A stretch of DNA of 64,000 nucleotides from Eledone cirrhosa (taxonomy: Eukaryota): contig OZ024760.1 in NCBI GenBank assembly GCA_964016885.1, positions 27,280,001 to 27,344,000 on the forward strand. The letters are read 5' to 3'. The position numbers and the translations under genes are program-made. Of the stretch, positions 12,871 to 27,900 are shown piece by piece. Numbering within the stretch: position 1 is the first letter of the stretch; every line of letters starts with the position of its first letter. The notes beneath the pieces were generated by a model. That model was not told the origin of the DNA and searched no databases. It saw only the letters and a list, made by a program, of their open reading frames with translations.

Positions 12871-15800
12871 ATATTCTATATATATATATATATATGTGTG
12901 TGTACAATATATTTTATATATACATTATGGTTTTTATTTTTGTTCTTTTCAGCAAGGAAACGCAAGAGTGGCTTTATTATTAACTAACGAACTGTTGGAG
13001 CTTGGTAAGTATTGCTTCTTATTCTTGTCTTCTTCTCTCTACCCACCCCTCTCTACCTCTTATACTGTCTCTTTCTCTCTCTTATGCAAACCTTCTTTAT
13101 TCATTTATCTAGATTTCTCCACCAATGGAAAGACCAATGGAAAGATTGTCTCGTTGGTCAGATCTGACAATCTACAGATTGTATCAGTAATGGAAAGACC
13201 AATGGAAACATTGTCTCCTTGGTCAGATCTGACAATCTACAGATAGCATCAGTAATGGAAAGACCAATGGAAACATTGTTTCCTTGGTCAGATCTGACAA
13301 TCTACAGATAGTATCAGTAATGGAAAGACCAATGGAAACATTGTTTCCTTGGTCAGATCTGACAATCTACAGATAGTATCAGTAATGGAAAGACCAATGG
13401 AAACATTGTTTCCTTGGTCAGATCTGATAATCTACAGATAGTATCAGTAATGGAAAGACCAATGGAAACATTGTTTCCTTGGTCAGATCTGACAATCTAC
13501 AGATAGTATCAGTAATGGTAAGACCAATGGAAACATTGTTTCCTTGGTCAGATCTGACAATCTACAGATAGTATCAGTAATGGAAAGACCAATGGAAACA
13601 TTGTTTCTTTGGTCAGATCTGACAATCTACAGATAGTATCAGTAATGGAAAGACCAATGAAAACATTGTCTCCTTGGTCAGATCTGACAATCTACAGATA
13701 GTATCAGTAATGGAAAGACCAATGGAAACATTGTTTCCTTGGTCAGATCTGACAATCTACAGATAGTATCAGTAATGGAAAGACCAATGGAAACATTGTT
13801 TCCTTGGTCAGATCTGACAATCTACAGATAGTATCAGTAATGGAAAGACCAATGGAAACATTGTCTCCTTGGTCAGATCTGACAATCTACAGATAGTATC
13901 AGTAATGGAAAGACCAATGGAAACATTGTCTCCTTGGTCAGATCTGACAATCTACAGATAGTATCAATAATCTTTCTTTCTCTGGAGCAAATCACCTGTG
14001 TTCCAACCTGCAGAGGGAAGGGTCCCTCTAGGTTTAAAATGCCCCAAACATGCCATGTATCAGACAGTACGCCCAAACTCCATCATCATCGTTTTTACAT
14101 CTGTTTTTCTATGCTTGCAACGGTTTGACAGGTCCTTTTCAGCACAGCATCTCTCCACACGTCACGTTCCTTCGACATCTCTTCTATGAGTCACAGCGAT
14201 CTGCAGTCAGCTCTCACCACCTCTGCTCAGGTCTTCCTTCCACTGAGATTTCTGCCCAAGTCTTCCTTCTAGTGCAACTTCCTTCCACTGAGATTTCTGC
14301 CCAGGTCTTCCTTCTAGTGCAACTTCCTTCCACTGAGATTTCTGCCCAGGTCTTCCTTCTAGTGCAACTTCCTTCCACTGAGATTTCTGCCCAGGTCTTC
14401 CTTCTAGTGCAACTTCCTTCTACTGAGATTTCTGCCCAGGTCTTCCTTCTAGTGCAACTTCCTTCCACTGAGATTTCTGCCCAGATCTTCCTTCTAGTGC
14501 AACTTCCTTCCACTGAGATTTCTGCCCAAGTCTTCCTTCTAGTGCAACTTCCTTCCACTGAGATTTCTGCCCAGGTCTTCCTTCTAGTGCAACTTCCTTC
14601 CACTGAGATTTCTGCCTAGGTCTTCCTTCTAGTGCAACTTCCTTCCACTGAGATTTCTGCCCAGGTCTTCCTTCTAGTGCAACTTCCTTCCACTGAGATT
14701 TCTGCCTAGGTCTTCCTTCTAGTGCAACTTCCTTCCACTGAGATTTCTGCCCAGGTCTTCCTTCTAGTGCAACTTCCTTCCACTGAGATTTCTGCCCAGG
14801 TCTTCCTTCTACTGAGATTTCTGCCCAGGTCTTCCTTCTAGTGCAACTTCCTTCCACTGAGATTTCTGCCCAGGTCTTCCTTCTAGTGCAACTTCCTTCC
14901 ACTGAGATTTCTGCCCAGGTCTTCCTTCTAGTGCAACTTCCTTCTACTGAGATTTCTGCCCAGGTCTTCCTTCTAGTGCAACTTCCTTCCACTGAGATTT
15001 CTGCCCAGATCTTCCTTCTAGTGCAACTTCCTTCCACTGAGATTTCTGCCCAAGTCTTCCTTCTAGTGCAACTTCCTTCCACTGAGATTTCTGCCCAAGT
15101 CTTCCTTCTAGTGCAACTTCCTTCCACTGAGATTTCTGCCCAGGTCTTCCTTCTAGTGCAACTTCCTTCCACTGAGATTTCTGCCCAGGTCTTCCTTCTA
15201 GTGCAACTTCCTTCCACTGAGATTTCTGCCCAGGTCTTCCTTCTAGTGCAACTTCCTTCTACTGAGATTTCTGCCCAGGTCTTCCTTCTAGTGCAACTTC
15301 CTTCCACTGAGATTTCTGCCCAAGTCTTCCTTCTAGTGCAACTTCCTTCCACTGAGATTTCTGCCCAAGTCTTCCTTCTAGTGCAACTTCCTTCCACTGA
15401 GATTTCTGCCCAGGTCTTCCTTCTAGTGCAACTTCCTTCCACTGAGATTTCTGCCCAGGTCTTCCTTCTAGTGCAACTTCCTTCCACTGAGATTTCTGCC
15501 CAGGTCTTCCTTCTAGTGCAACTTCCTTCCACTGAGATTTCTGCCCAGGTCTTCCTTCTAGTGCAACTTCCTTCCACTGAGATTTCTGCCCAAGTCTTCC
15601 TTCTAGTGCAACTTCCTTCCACTGAGATTTCTGCCCAGGTCTTCCTTCTAGTGCAACTTCCTTCCACTGAGATTTCTGCCCAGGTCTTCCTTCTAGTGCA
15701 ACTTCCTTCCACTGAGATTTCTGCCCAGATCTTCCTTCTAGTGCAACTTCCTTCCACTGAGATTTCTGCCCAGATCTTCCTTCTAGTGCAACTTCCTTCC

Positions 15801-16579
15801 ACTGAGATTTCTGCCCAGGTCTTCCTTCTAGTGCAACTTCCTTCCACTGAGATTTCTGCCCAGATCTTCCTTAGTCTTCCTTCCACCAGGATTTCCTGGC
15901 CCTTCATTACCCAGTAGCCATCATCTTGTTGCAATCCTTCATCATCTCCTGAGTCACAGCGATTTGAGGTCAGCACTCGCCACCTTTGCCCAGTTTTTCC
16001 TTGGACTTCCTTCTACTGCAACTTCCTTCCGCCAGGATTTCCTGGTAGTTCTATATTCAATAAAAACTTCCACCTTGGATACTTTCAACAATTTTTTTTT
16101 CTTTCTGTTTCTGTTTTTGCAGATCCCAACCACCAGAGGGCCAAAAATAATAAGTTCTACTTTGAAAAAATGCTCGCAGACGAGACAGAAAAACCTATAC
16201 AGAGCCGTGGAGAGGTTGGTGAACCCCGTATCAGAAATCCTCGACACATCGATGATTATCGGAACTCTGAGGAATTCCATGCCTATGAGAGCCTGTGCCG
16301 AGGGGAAAATATTATGGTGAGTAGTAGTAGTAGTGGTGGTGGTAGTAATAGTAGTAGTGGTAGTACTAGTAGTAGCAGTAGTGGTTGTGGTGGTGGTGGT
16401 AGTAGTAGCAGTAGCAGTGGTAGTATTAGTAGTAGTAGCAGTAGTGGTGGTAGTAGTAGTAATAGTAATGGTGGTAGTGTTAGTGGTGGTGGTGGTGGTG
16501 GTAGTAGTGGTAGTAGTGGTGGTAATAGTAGTAGTAGCAGTAGTGGTGGTGGTGGTGGTAGTAGTGGTAGCAGTAGTAA

Positions 16580-16613
<34 letters not shown>

Positions 16614-18523
16614 TGCCCATTTATTCCTGGGTGGGTTGTGATGGTACAGTCCTTAGACCAGGGGTGTTCAACAGACGGCCCACGGACCACAATCCGACCC
16701 ACAAGACCAGTCAGAGAGGCCCGCAATGACTGTTTTTAATTTTTACCTTGTAGGCTTATTTAGAATTTTTTTCGTAACCACAATACAATTTTCTGTTAGT
16801 TGACCTATACTAAAGGGCTTCACTGATAGGGTTGTGTGTGTTATAATTTCCCAGTTAACCTATACTAAAGGGCTTCACTGATAGGGTTATGTGTGTTATA
16901 ATTTCCCAGTTCACCTATACTAAAGGGCTTCACTGATAGGGTTATGTGTGTTATAATTTCCCAGTTAACCTATACTAAAGGGCTTCACTGATAGGGTTAT
17001 GTGTGTTATAATTTCCCAGTTAACCTATACTAAAGGGCTTCACTGATAGGGTTATGTGTGTTATAATTTCCCAGTTAACCTATACTAAAGGGCTTCACTG
17101 ATAGGGTTATGTGTGTTATAATTTCCCAGTTAACCTATACTAAAGGGCTTCACTGATAGGGTTATGTGTGTTATAATTTCCCAGTTCACCTATACTAAAG
17201 GGCTTCACTGATAGGGTTGTGTGTGTTATAATTTCCCAGTTCACCTATACTAAAGAGCTTCACTGATAGGGTTATGTGTGTTATAATTTCCCAGTTAACC
17301 TATACTAAAGGGCTTCACTGATAGGGTTATGTGTGTTATAATTTCCCAGTTCCATGTTATGGAAGGAAATTGTAGTGAACCTTTGGAATAGTGCTTAATA
17401 AATATTAATGGCCCTAATAGTTGTTCTTATAGGGTTGTGTGAGTTATATTTTCCCAGTTGACCTATACTAAAGGGCTTCACTGATAGGGTTATGTGTGTT
17501 ATAATTTCCCAGTTCCATGTTATGGAAAGCAGTTGTGGTGAATCTTTGGAATAGTGCTTAATAAATATTAATGGCCCTAATAGTTGTTCCAATGTTCAAA
17601 AGTGGCCCACCAATGGAATATGCTGCATACCCCTGCCTTAGACACTCCTTCCAGAGGGGTTCTGTCAGAAGTAACCATCTCCAATTGATACAGATGTATC
17701 CATAAGCAAGACCAATCAAAATTGCTCAAATTATTGAGTCACTCAATGCCAAGGAATGAGTAAAAAGACTTCATTTCATACTACTTCAGTATACTTTGCT
17801 GCAAATGAGTACCAGCAATAGCTGGGGGAAAGTTAACCCTGCAATTGACTAGCATCCTGTCCAGGGGGAAGTCTTGTACTCTCAGTCACTTCATACCATG
17901 GAAACCAGGGTATGAAATAGCTTGGTCAGCCTCCTCGGCTTCAGACAGACTTTAGATTTAGTCTTTTCTGTATATCGTTCCAGCCACTAAAAGATGCCCA
18001 CAAACTCAAGTGCAAGTATGCCTGGTATGGTGACCCCTACTTGTTTTTAGCCCGGGTCAAGGAAGAGGAAATGCATTTGGATCCCTGGCTGGTTATCTAC
18101 CATGACATCCTTTCAGAAAATGAAATGAATTTTGTGAAAGCTCACGCCACACCAAAGGTAAGTGATGTTTAATATCAAGATCATCATCATCATCGTCATC
18201 ATCGTCACCACCATCACCATCATTGTCATCATTGAGGATTGGCAGTATCGGTAGAGGGTCGGACGCCATGCTTTGCAACATAGAGTTACGGCCCTTTATG
18301 GTCTGAGTTCAAATCCCGCCGAGGTTAACTTTGCCTTTCATCCTTACGGGAGTCGATAAAATAAAGTACCAGTAATTGCTGGCCTTGTGCCAAAAGCAGA
18401 AACAATTATTATCATCACCATCATCATCGTCATCATTTTTATGTCCTTTATAACGGAGCATCTCTCCACATGCCGCATTCCTTTGTCATCACCTCTGAGT
18501 TTCATCATCATCATCATACCACA

Positions 18524-18558
<35 letters not shown>

Positions 18559-20633
18559 AGTATATGTTGGTTGTATACCAACACCTCAGTATGCAGGCTG
18601 GAGCACTCGACGAAGTGCGCAGGTTGGTTTGGTTACTCCGGAGTAGTGTAAAATAAAATTAAATAAAAAGTCAAATGATTAAAATTTAGCTTCGTTTATT
18701 ACTGCTATATATATTTCAGTGACAGCCATCTTTGGCTGTGACCTCTTCAGGCAGTTTGAATTAGTGTGGTATAGACAAGTACATATGTTGTTGAGGTGTA
18801 TAATATTGTCAATACTCTGATATGCCCAGTTCCTGGTTGGGTTATTTCACTGAGGAACTGGAGTCATATATATATATATAACAACTAGAACATATATATA
18901 ACAACTAGAAATTGATTAACATATAAATAAACATATGAAACAATCACAGGGGATAATTTTTACAAGTGTGCAAGCACACATAGCTAGGTAGGTAACTAAA
19001 TAAAGTTAACTAGAACTTCAAAAATAGATACCTTATAATATGATTAATCTTCCCTGTATATATTCCATTAAAGAAATATATTTCTTTAATGTTACCTACC
19101 TATTTAGTTACCTACCTAGCTATGTGTGCTTGCACACTTGTAAAAATTATCCCCTGTGATTGTTTCATATGTTTATTTATATGTTAATCAATTTCTAGTT
19201 GTTATAAAATGCTCGGACCTATTCATTAGAATCTTGGAGCTTATTTTACGGGTGATATGGCGCATGCCTTTCTGGCATGACACCCATAATTTTGATTTAG
19301 ATTAAATTCACTTTGATTTATCTTAATTTTGGATATATATATATATATTCGCATGTTCTCATTATTAGGGTATAAATGTTGAGTTTTCTCATAAGTTAAT
19401 CACTACCTTGATTAAATCTTAACCATCTAACATCTCATCTCAGGGTATTTCATGTATCATTTTATTTTATCTGATGAGGACGTACTGTTGAACCTGATTC
19501 AAGTACATCCGAAATATGTATAATAAAATTTAATTGATCAAAAGAACATCTATTTTATTAATATTTGAATTTTAATATTAATAACTCTGGAAAATATTTT
19601 CTTGTAGAGTGCTTCCAATCTACTGTAAAACTCATTCTTTGATGTACTCATTGAATCTTGTTTAACTCTTTAATATATATATACATATATATATGCCACA
19701 ACTATATATATCTCTGTTACACCTATATATACCTGTCACATATATATATCTATGTCACAACTATATATCTCCATGTCACACCTATATATCTAACTATGCC
19801 ACACCTGTATATATCTCTGTCACACACATATATATATATATCACACCTATATATCTCTATGTCACACCTGTATATATATCTGTCATACTGTCACACATAT
19901 ATCCATGTCACACCTCTATATCTCTGTCACACCTATATATCTCTGTCACACCTGTATATATATGTCAAACTGTCACACATATATCCATGTCACACCTCTA
20001 TATCTCTATGTCACACCTATATATCTGTCATACTGTCACACCTCTATATCTCTGTCACACCTGTATATATCTGTCATACTGTCACACCTCTATATCTCTA
20101 TGTCACACCTGTATATATCTCCATGCCACACCTGTATATATCTAACTATGTCACACCTGTATATATCTCTATGCCGCACCTGTATATATCCCTGTCACAC
20201 ATATATATATGTCACACATATATATATATCACACCTATATATCTAACTATGTCACACCTGTATATATCTAACTATGCCGCACCTGTATATCTATCCCTGT
20301 CACACATATATATATATCACACCTATATATCTAACTATATCACACCTATACCTATATATAAATATATATGTCCTACCTGTCTTCTATTTGCACCTGTGTA
20401 GTTAAACAGAGCAACAGTCCAGAATTCATTGACAGGGAAGTTAGAAACAGCTACCTACCGAATTAGTAAAAGGTAAGTGTTGAGGTAATTTCCTAGTGGT
20501 GGCCATTTCTGGATTTATTATTTTATTAGTCTTCCTTTACCTCTCTCTCTCTCTTTATCTCTTTTCTTCTTTATTTCTCTCTCTCTCTCTTCTTGTCTCA
20601 CATTTTGAGCACACTAATTTATCCGTTCGAGAT

Positions 20634-20671
<38 letters not shown>

Positions 20672-20672
20672 T

Positions 20673-20724
<52 letters not shown>

Positions 20725-22691
20725 CATTTATTTTTTTTTTTAGTCCAGAATTAGCCGTCGAAACGGCTTGAGCTCAGCCGTCGGGGTCCTACTCGTTCCT
20801 ATTACCCACTCTACTACCCTAAGTACTGAGTATTTTGGTGCGTTATGGTCCACCTGGTTCCTTACCACATTTCCTTCGTTATATATACATATATAAATAC
20901 ATACATACGCATACATGAACACGCACAAACAAACACATTTCCCCCCTTTCCGTTATACTATATTTGTTTGTGCTTTCGTTCTGTAAGCATTGTATTATTG
21001 TGGTTTGGCAGTATCGGTAGAGGTAAATAATTGTTTCTACTTTTGGCACAAGGCCAGCAATTATCCCAGTGTATTACTGGTACTTTATTTTATCGACCCT
21101 GTAAGGATGAAAGGCAAAGTTAACCTCGGCGGGATTTGAACTCAGAATGGAAAGGGCCGTAACTCTTTGCTTCAAAGCATGGCGTCCGACCCTCTACCGA
21201 TACTGCCAATCCACCGGTAGAGGTAAATAATTGTTTCTACTTTAGGCACAAGGCCAGCAAATACCCAGTGCATTACTTGTACTTTATTTTATCGACCCCG
21301 TGAGGATGAAAGGCAAAGTCAACCTCGGCGGGATTTGAACTCAGATCGTAAAGGGACGTAACTATGCTGGAAAGCATGGCGTCCGACCCTCTGCCAATCC
21401 ACCGCCCTTAGAGGTAAATAATAAAGAACCTTCAGCCTCCAGGACACATGGTAGATTTTTGGAGACTTATTTTAGGGGAAAAGTAGTCTTCGACGCCGGG
21501 AAATACGGTTCTTTCAGGAATTTAGCTGGTACCCTAACCATTAACACAACACATTCATGCAATTTAAAAGAAAAAAAACAAGTTTCGTTTATATTATATT
21601 TATCTGTGCTTTCGTTCTGTAAGCATTGTATAATTATATTTCTTGTTATACAACAGTGAATAAAAGATATTAATATATAGTATAACATTTAGTTATTCTA
21701 AAGCTATAAAAGAAAACACTTACCTAAGATGCTGTAAGTGGGGTTAAATGTGAAACCATGTGATTGTAAAGCAAAAGAAAACCCCTTAACTACCTGGTCA
21801 CACCTGTATCTATATCTGAACAAAATCGTAATGTCTGTAATACCTTACATTACAGACATTTTTTATTTTGTCATTGAAAATAAATAGAACAAAACATTCG
21901 TTACAATGGCAAAAGTTGTATATATGTGTAAATATATTTCTATTCTACTTGTCTGACATTTATTTAAAACATATATACATAACCAGACTCACTAACTGCT
22001 TAATGAACACAACCACAAGGATATGGTCCGAACACAGAAGAGCTGAACTCCTACTGTCATCGCCTCCATCTCTCTCATGTACACCAGGTCCGAACACAGA
22101 AGAGCCGAACTCCCACTGTCATCGTCTCCCCATCTCTCTCAGGTACACCAGGTCCTAACACAGAAGCCAAACTCCCACTGTCATCACCTCTATCTCTCTC
22201 GCCCTCCCCACCTCTCTCATGTACACCAGGTCCCAACACAGAGGAGCCAAACTCCCACTGTCATCACCTCCATCTCTCTCGCCCTCCCCATCTCTCTGTA
22301 TGGTGAGCAAATGGGGTCCTACGTGCTGGCCTCCCCCACAACCCCGGTGGACAGAATGGAGAAGGCGTTTCCCCGGTGGATGGTAAGGGAGATGCGCTGG
22401 AATATATACAGAAATAACATTATAAATTGCTCGAAATTCTTACAGAAGAACATTACAAATATAATGTTGTTGGTTATAACAAGGTCTGCTGTGTTAAGTC
22501 CGACCTAGGGTTAACAACAATTGAAATAAACTAAGTGAAAACATTGTCTCCCTTAGCCTTATACCTTTAGTAGAAATTGCTCGTAATTCGTTCAGGAGGA
22601 CATTACAAATATAATGTCTAAATTGAAGATATTTTATCACAATTGTATAAATTTACAGTAGAATAACGTTGCAATATGTTTTAAATATATA

Positions 22692-22722
<31 letters not shown>

Positions 22723-22831
22723 AATGTGGAGAGGAGGTACACGAGTTAGGATATATATATGAAAACAGGGAGAAAGAGACGATTATTAGGAAGAAAAATT
22801 TTTTTTTTCCTTTTTTTTTGTTTTGTGTCTC

Positions 22832-22884
<53 letters not shown>

Positions 22885-24478
22885 GTATCTGTTACCTACA
22901 TAGAGCACTCTTTTTTCCTGGACCTTTCCGACGGAATTACTTCATTTATTTATTTATTTATATATATATATAACATAAAAAATGCGTAAATAACATTATA
23001 AATTGCTCGCAATTCGTTCAGAAGGACATTACAAATATGTCTAAACCGTGTGTAATAACATAATAATATAATTTATTGAACAATAATGGTAATGGAAGAA
23101 AAATTGGGGGAGCGGGCAATTCACCACCAAGTGTGATAATCTGCAACACCTCACACCTTAGGGGTTAACTACACACTTTGAGGCAAGCCAATACACTCGC
23201 AGCATTACCACGGGTGATGGCGAGGCTAAGGTGTTCTGAAATAACCAAGCACCCTTACGGGCATTACCTGACACCTCAGTAAGGTGAGGCTAAGGCACTG
23301 AAATAACCAGGTATTCTCACGGGCATTACCTGACACCTCAGTAAGGTGAGGCTAAGGCACTGAAATAACCAGACACCCTCACGGGCATCACCTGACACCT
23401 CAGTAAGGTGAGCCGCCAGTAAAGACAAGAACTTTGCTGCCAATGGCCCAACTCCACCGAACGTCTCAAACGCCACAGAAATTAATATTATTGTTGTTGT
23501 TTAACCCTAGATCAATAAAACTGTTCCAATAGACTTACAATAAAATGTGCTGCCACCATCTAATAAATTTGTATATCCACGGAACCAACCACATCATAAT
23601 GTCTTTGCTCTGTTTGCTTTTTTTAAACGACACTAGGATGTAATTAGAGTGAGATTTGGTAGCTATTTTTAACAGGTCGAACAACAGTATAGAGGTTTAT
23701 GGATGTGTAAGATAAACATGTTTGTAAGTCACATATGTTCGTGTGGAAGTGAGATTTAAAGTTATCTTACTTGGCATTAGTTATCTCCCTTGTTTACGTC
23801 TTTTTTTTTTTGTCTCCCGCTAAAATTCATTCTCGCTTTGGTAGTTATCTCCCTTGTTCAAGTGTACCATTGCGAAAAATTATAAAATTTACAAGACGCT
23901 ACTTTCAGTTTAGTAAATAAATATATCGATATGTCAATATGGGTTAAATCGAATGATAACAATAATTGTTTCTACTTTAGGCACAAGGCCAGCAATTACC
24001 CAGTGCATTACTGGTACTTTTATTTTATGATATTCGATTCGTTTGCAAGCAAAAAGGCCTCATTACGTTATGTTAAACAACCAGATGACTATCATCTGGT
24101 TGTTTGACAGTAGCATCGATGATGATGATGATATATATATATGTATGTATATATACGTGTGTATAATGGTAGCCATGGTGCTTCCATAGGCGGTATGCCA
24201 AAATTAGCACTCAATATTCATACAGAGTGTGAATAGTATAAAAAAAACGAAAAATCAGTGATGCATCAGGACTCAGTTTATTATTAAACTGAGTTCAAAT
24301 CCCGTCGAGGTTAACTTTGCCTTTCATCCTTACGGGGTCGATAAAATAAAGTACCAGTAATACACTGGGTAATTGTGTACCAGTAATACACTGGGTAATA
24401 AATGCCTTGTGCCAAAAGTAGAAACAATTATTAAACTAAGTCCAGATGCATCACTGATTTTTCGTTTTTTTATACTAC

Positions 24479-24542
<64 letters not shown>

Positions 24543-24678
24543 AGATCAAAAGATGGTTAAAAGAGTTCCATCTTTTGATCTTATATATTATGTATACTCC
24601 AGTCCTACAAACTGTAGAGTGCTTCTTATCCGATATCTGCATTGCTTTATTGTACTACAATAAAACTCACCTCCTACG

Positions 24679-24710
<32 letters not shown>

Positions 24711-24914
24711 AGGTAATTCCAAAGGAAAAAAGAGTGCTCTATGTATAGAACAGAGCTATTTAATTGGAAAGTGAACAACACAAAATATAACTACTCCATT
24801 ACCAAATGTTTCTAGATCACAGACGATAATAATATACGTCAGGATTGTTCGTCAGATGTTATAGATAAAAAATATGAAATGAGATTTAAAATCTGTTAAA
24901 AATTGGAAGTGAGG

Positions 24915-24979
<65 letters not shown>

Positions 24980-27900
24980 TGAATCTCTCTGTTGAAACAG
25001 CCAGAGCTCAGCTATTGGGGTCCTGATCTTGGACTAACCTTGCATTGGGACACTCTAGCTGAAAGTTTCATTGGGGCATTTAAGTATCATCTATGATAGC
25101 AAAAACATTTATTTGGGGGCCTTTGGAATTATTATTTATGATAGTAAAAATTTATATTCGAGCCCTTTAAATATTGCAGAGCCCAAGGCACGAATATTCC
25201 ATCAAATCCCTTGTGAATTATTATTCACGATAGCAAAACAATTCAGTTGGAGCCTTTTAAATATTGTGAAGGTGCATTTATGAGGTTGAGAGTTCGAATC
25301 CTAGACTGGGATATATATTATGTCCTTGAGCAAGACATTTTATTTCTCATTGCTCTTTCTCTCATGATCTGCAACCTGTAGATAGTACCAGCAATTTACA
25401 GACCAATGGAAACATTGTTTCCTTGGTCCGGTTTGACAAGTTCCACCTTACTAAGTTGGGCGGGGATGAGGTCTGGGATCGTGGGGATCAATTAAAAATA
25501 TATGTAAAGTGGTCGTGTTGGTGACATGACAAAAAGTACCCAGTCCACACTGTAAAGTGGTCGTGTTGGTGACATGACAAAAAGTACCCAGTCCACACTG
25601 TAAAGTGGTTGGCGTTAGGAAGGGCATCCAGCTGTAGAAACCAAGCCAGAAACAGTTCTATGTGAGCAAGACATGGTCACCAGAACCAACTACAGAGCTG
25701 TAGGAGTGAGAAAGTGATATAGAGAAAGAATTGACTCCAGTACTAGACCTGTGCTTTATTTATTGACTTTAAAATAAATAAATAAAGGGAATTTAATCAG
25801 TAACGTAATCCATGATACATTAAAAAAGACGATACTATAACAAACTTTCCAGATGTCTTCCTGTTTCTTCCACAACAACTACAACGGTACGCGATGGGGC
25901 CCACCCACAGCCCCGGGGGACAGAGTGGAGAAGGCGTTTCCCCGGAGGACGGCAAGGGAGACGCGCTGGGAAAGCCACTCCGACTCGCGGGGCTCACACC
26001 TGCAGCTGGCCAGCTCAGCGCCTATGGTGGTGAGTAAGGAGGTAGCCCTGGGGCCGAGGACACCAGAAGTCTCCACTGCTAGGGGTACGACCGCAAACCT
26101 GTCGGAGAGCGACTGGTATTTGAGGAGTTTGGCCCCCTCAGCCTGACGTGCAGCAGAACCTGGGGCAGCAACAGACTGCACCAGGTTGCGGCTGCAGAAA
26201 GTGTCGGTGCAAGTGGCATCCCAGATGAGGTGTTAGCCACCGTGGAACGGGAAGATGGTCATGCCATCTGGCCTTTTGTCATCCCCTCAATCCAGCCCCA
26301 CCGGCTCGAGCTGGGAAAGGAAGCCTGCAGCGTCCAAGCCATGCATAATGGAGGAGGAGGAAAAAGAAAACCTTTTTATGTTATTGGTGTATTATTTATT
26401 TATTTGCAGTGCCTGGTTAAAAGATGGGGAACATGAAATTTTACATAGAATCAACAAAAGAATTGCACATGTCACAGGTCTTAATGTAGAAACTGCTGAA
26501 GAACTCCAGGTGAGATTTTCTTTTGAAATAGAATTCTTTAACCCTTTAGCATTTAAACCGGCCATATCTAGCCAGAATTCTCTCACCTTTTTCTTTTCAA
26601 ACCGGCTGTAACTGTCCACTCATATTTATATTAAGGCATTTTCCTGAAAATAAATAATATCAAAAGCTCGTAGATTCGATATTATGTGGAATAATTATGT
26701 GACGTAAAGCCATTAACGTGAAAAAACAATAGTAAATATAGAGTAATGTAAATGTTAAAGGGTTATAAAATGACTAATAAGTTTCAGAAAGCCAGTACAA
26801 TGAGGTAGAAATATCTAAAGGGTAAAGGATGACAAATAAAACAAAACAAAGTAATGTTTTTACCTAATATATTTCAGGGCTGTCACCCTCTTTTCAAATC
26901 CACCTCTATATATAACTATCAATATAACTCACTGTAAATGGGGTTGGTGTTAGGAAGGGCATCCAGCTGTAGAAATCAAGCCAGAATCAGTTCTGTATGA
27001 GCAAGACAGGGTCACTCTGACCCAACTTGCCTCTAAATGGGACAAACCCATCTAACCCATGTTAGCGTGGAAGATAGACATTAAACGATGATGATGATGA
27101 TGAATCTAATTTCTCCCCACCCCTCTCTCTATAACTATTAATCTATCTAATTTCTCCCCACCGCCTCTCTCTATAACTATTAATCTATCTAATTTCTCTA
27201 CCCCAGGTTGCCAACTATGGTATTGGGGGACATTATGAGCCACATTTTGACTACGCCAGGGTGAGTACATCTCTTTCTTTATTTTGAGCCTCCATTTATT
27301 GCCAGACAGATAAATACACAGATAGAGAGATATAGACAGACATAGTGATACATAGACAGATATAGTGAGATATAGTGACATATAGACAGATATAGTGAGA
27401 TATAGTGAGATATAGACAGACATAGTGAGATATAGACAGACATAGTGAGATATAGACAGATATAGTGAGATATAGACAGACATAGTGAGATATAGACAGA
27501 TATAGTGAGATATAAATAGATATAGTGAGATATAGACAGACATAGTGAGATATAGACAGATATAGTGAGATATAGACAGATATAGTGAGATATAGACAGA
27601 TATAGTGATACATAGACAGACATAGTGAGATATAGACAGATATAGTGAGATATAGACAGACATAATGAGATATAGACAGATATAGTGATACATAGACAGA
27701 TATAGACAGACATAGTGAGATATAGACAGACATAGTGAGATATAGACAGATATAGACAGATATAGTGAGATATAGACAGATATAGTGAGATATAGACAGA
27801 TATAGTGAGATATAAACAGATATAGTGAGATATAGACAGATATAGTGAGATATAAACAGATATAGTGAGATATAGACAGATATAGTGATATATAGACAGA

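Noticed and set aside
14050-15976. ORFs of 189-518 aa on both strands
   Set aside because: 45-bp tandem array inside an intron, with a frameshifting short unit.
16317-16739. Ser/Gly-rich extension of the exon ORF
   Set aside because: Read-through past a good ATG|gtgagt donor into an (AGT/GGT)n repeat.
18158-26409. Looked for a duplicate of the 71-nt RATV...YRISKS exon, which is mutually exclusive in vertebrate P4HA1
   Set aside because: Only one copy found by eye; a tBLASTn would be needed to exclude a diverged one.
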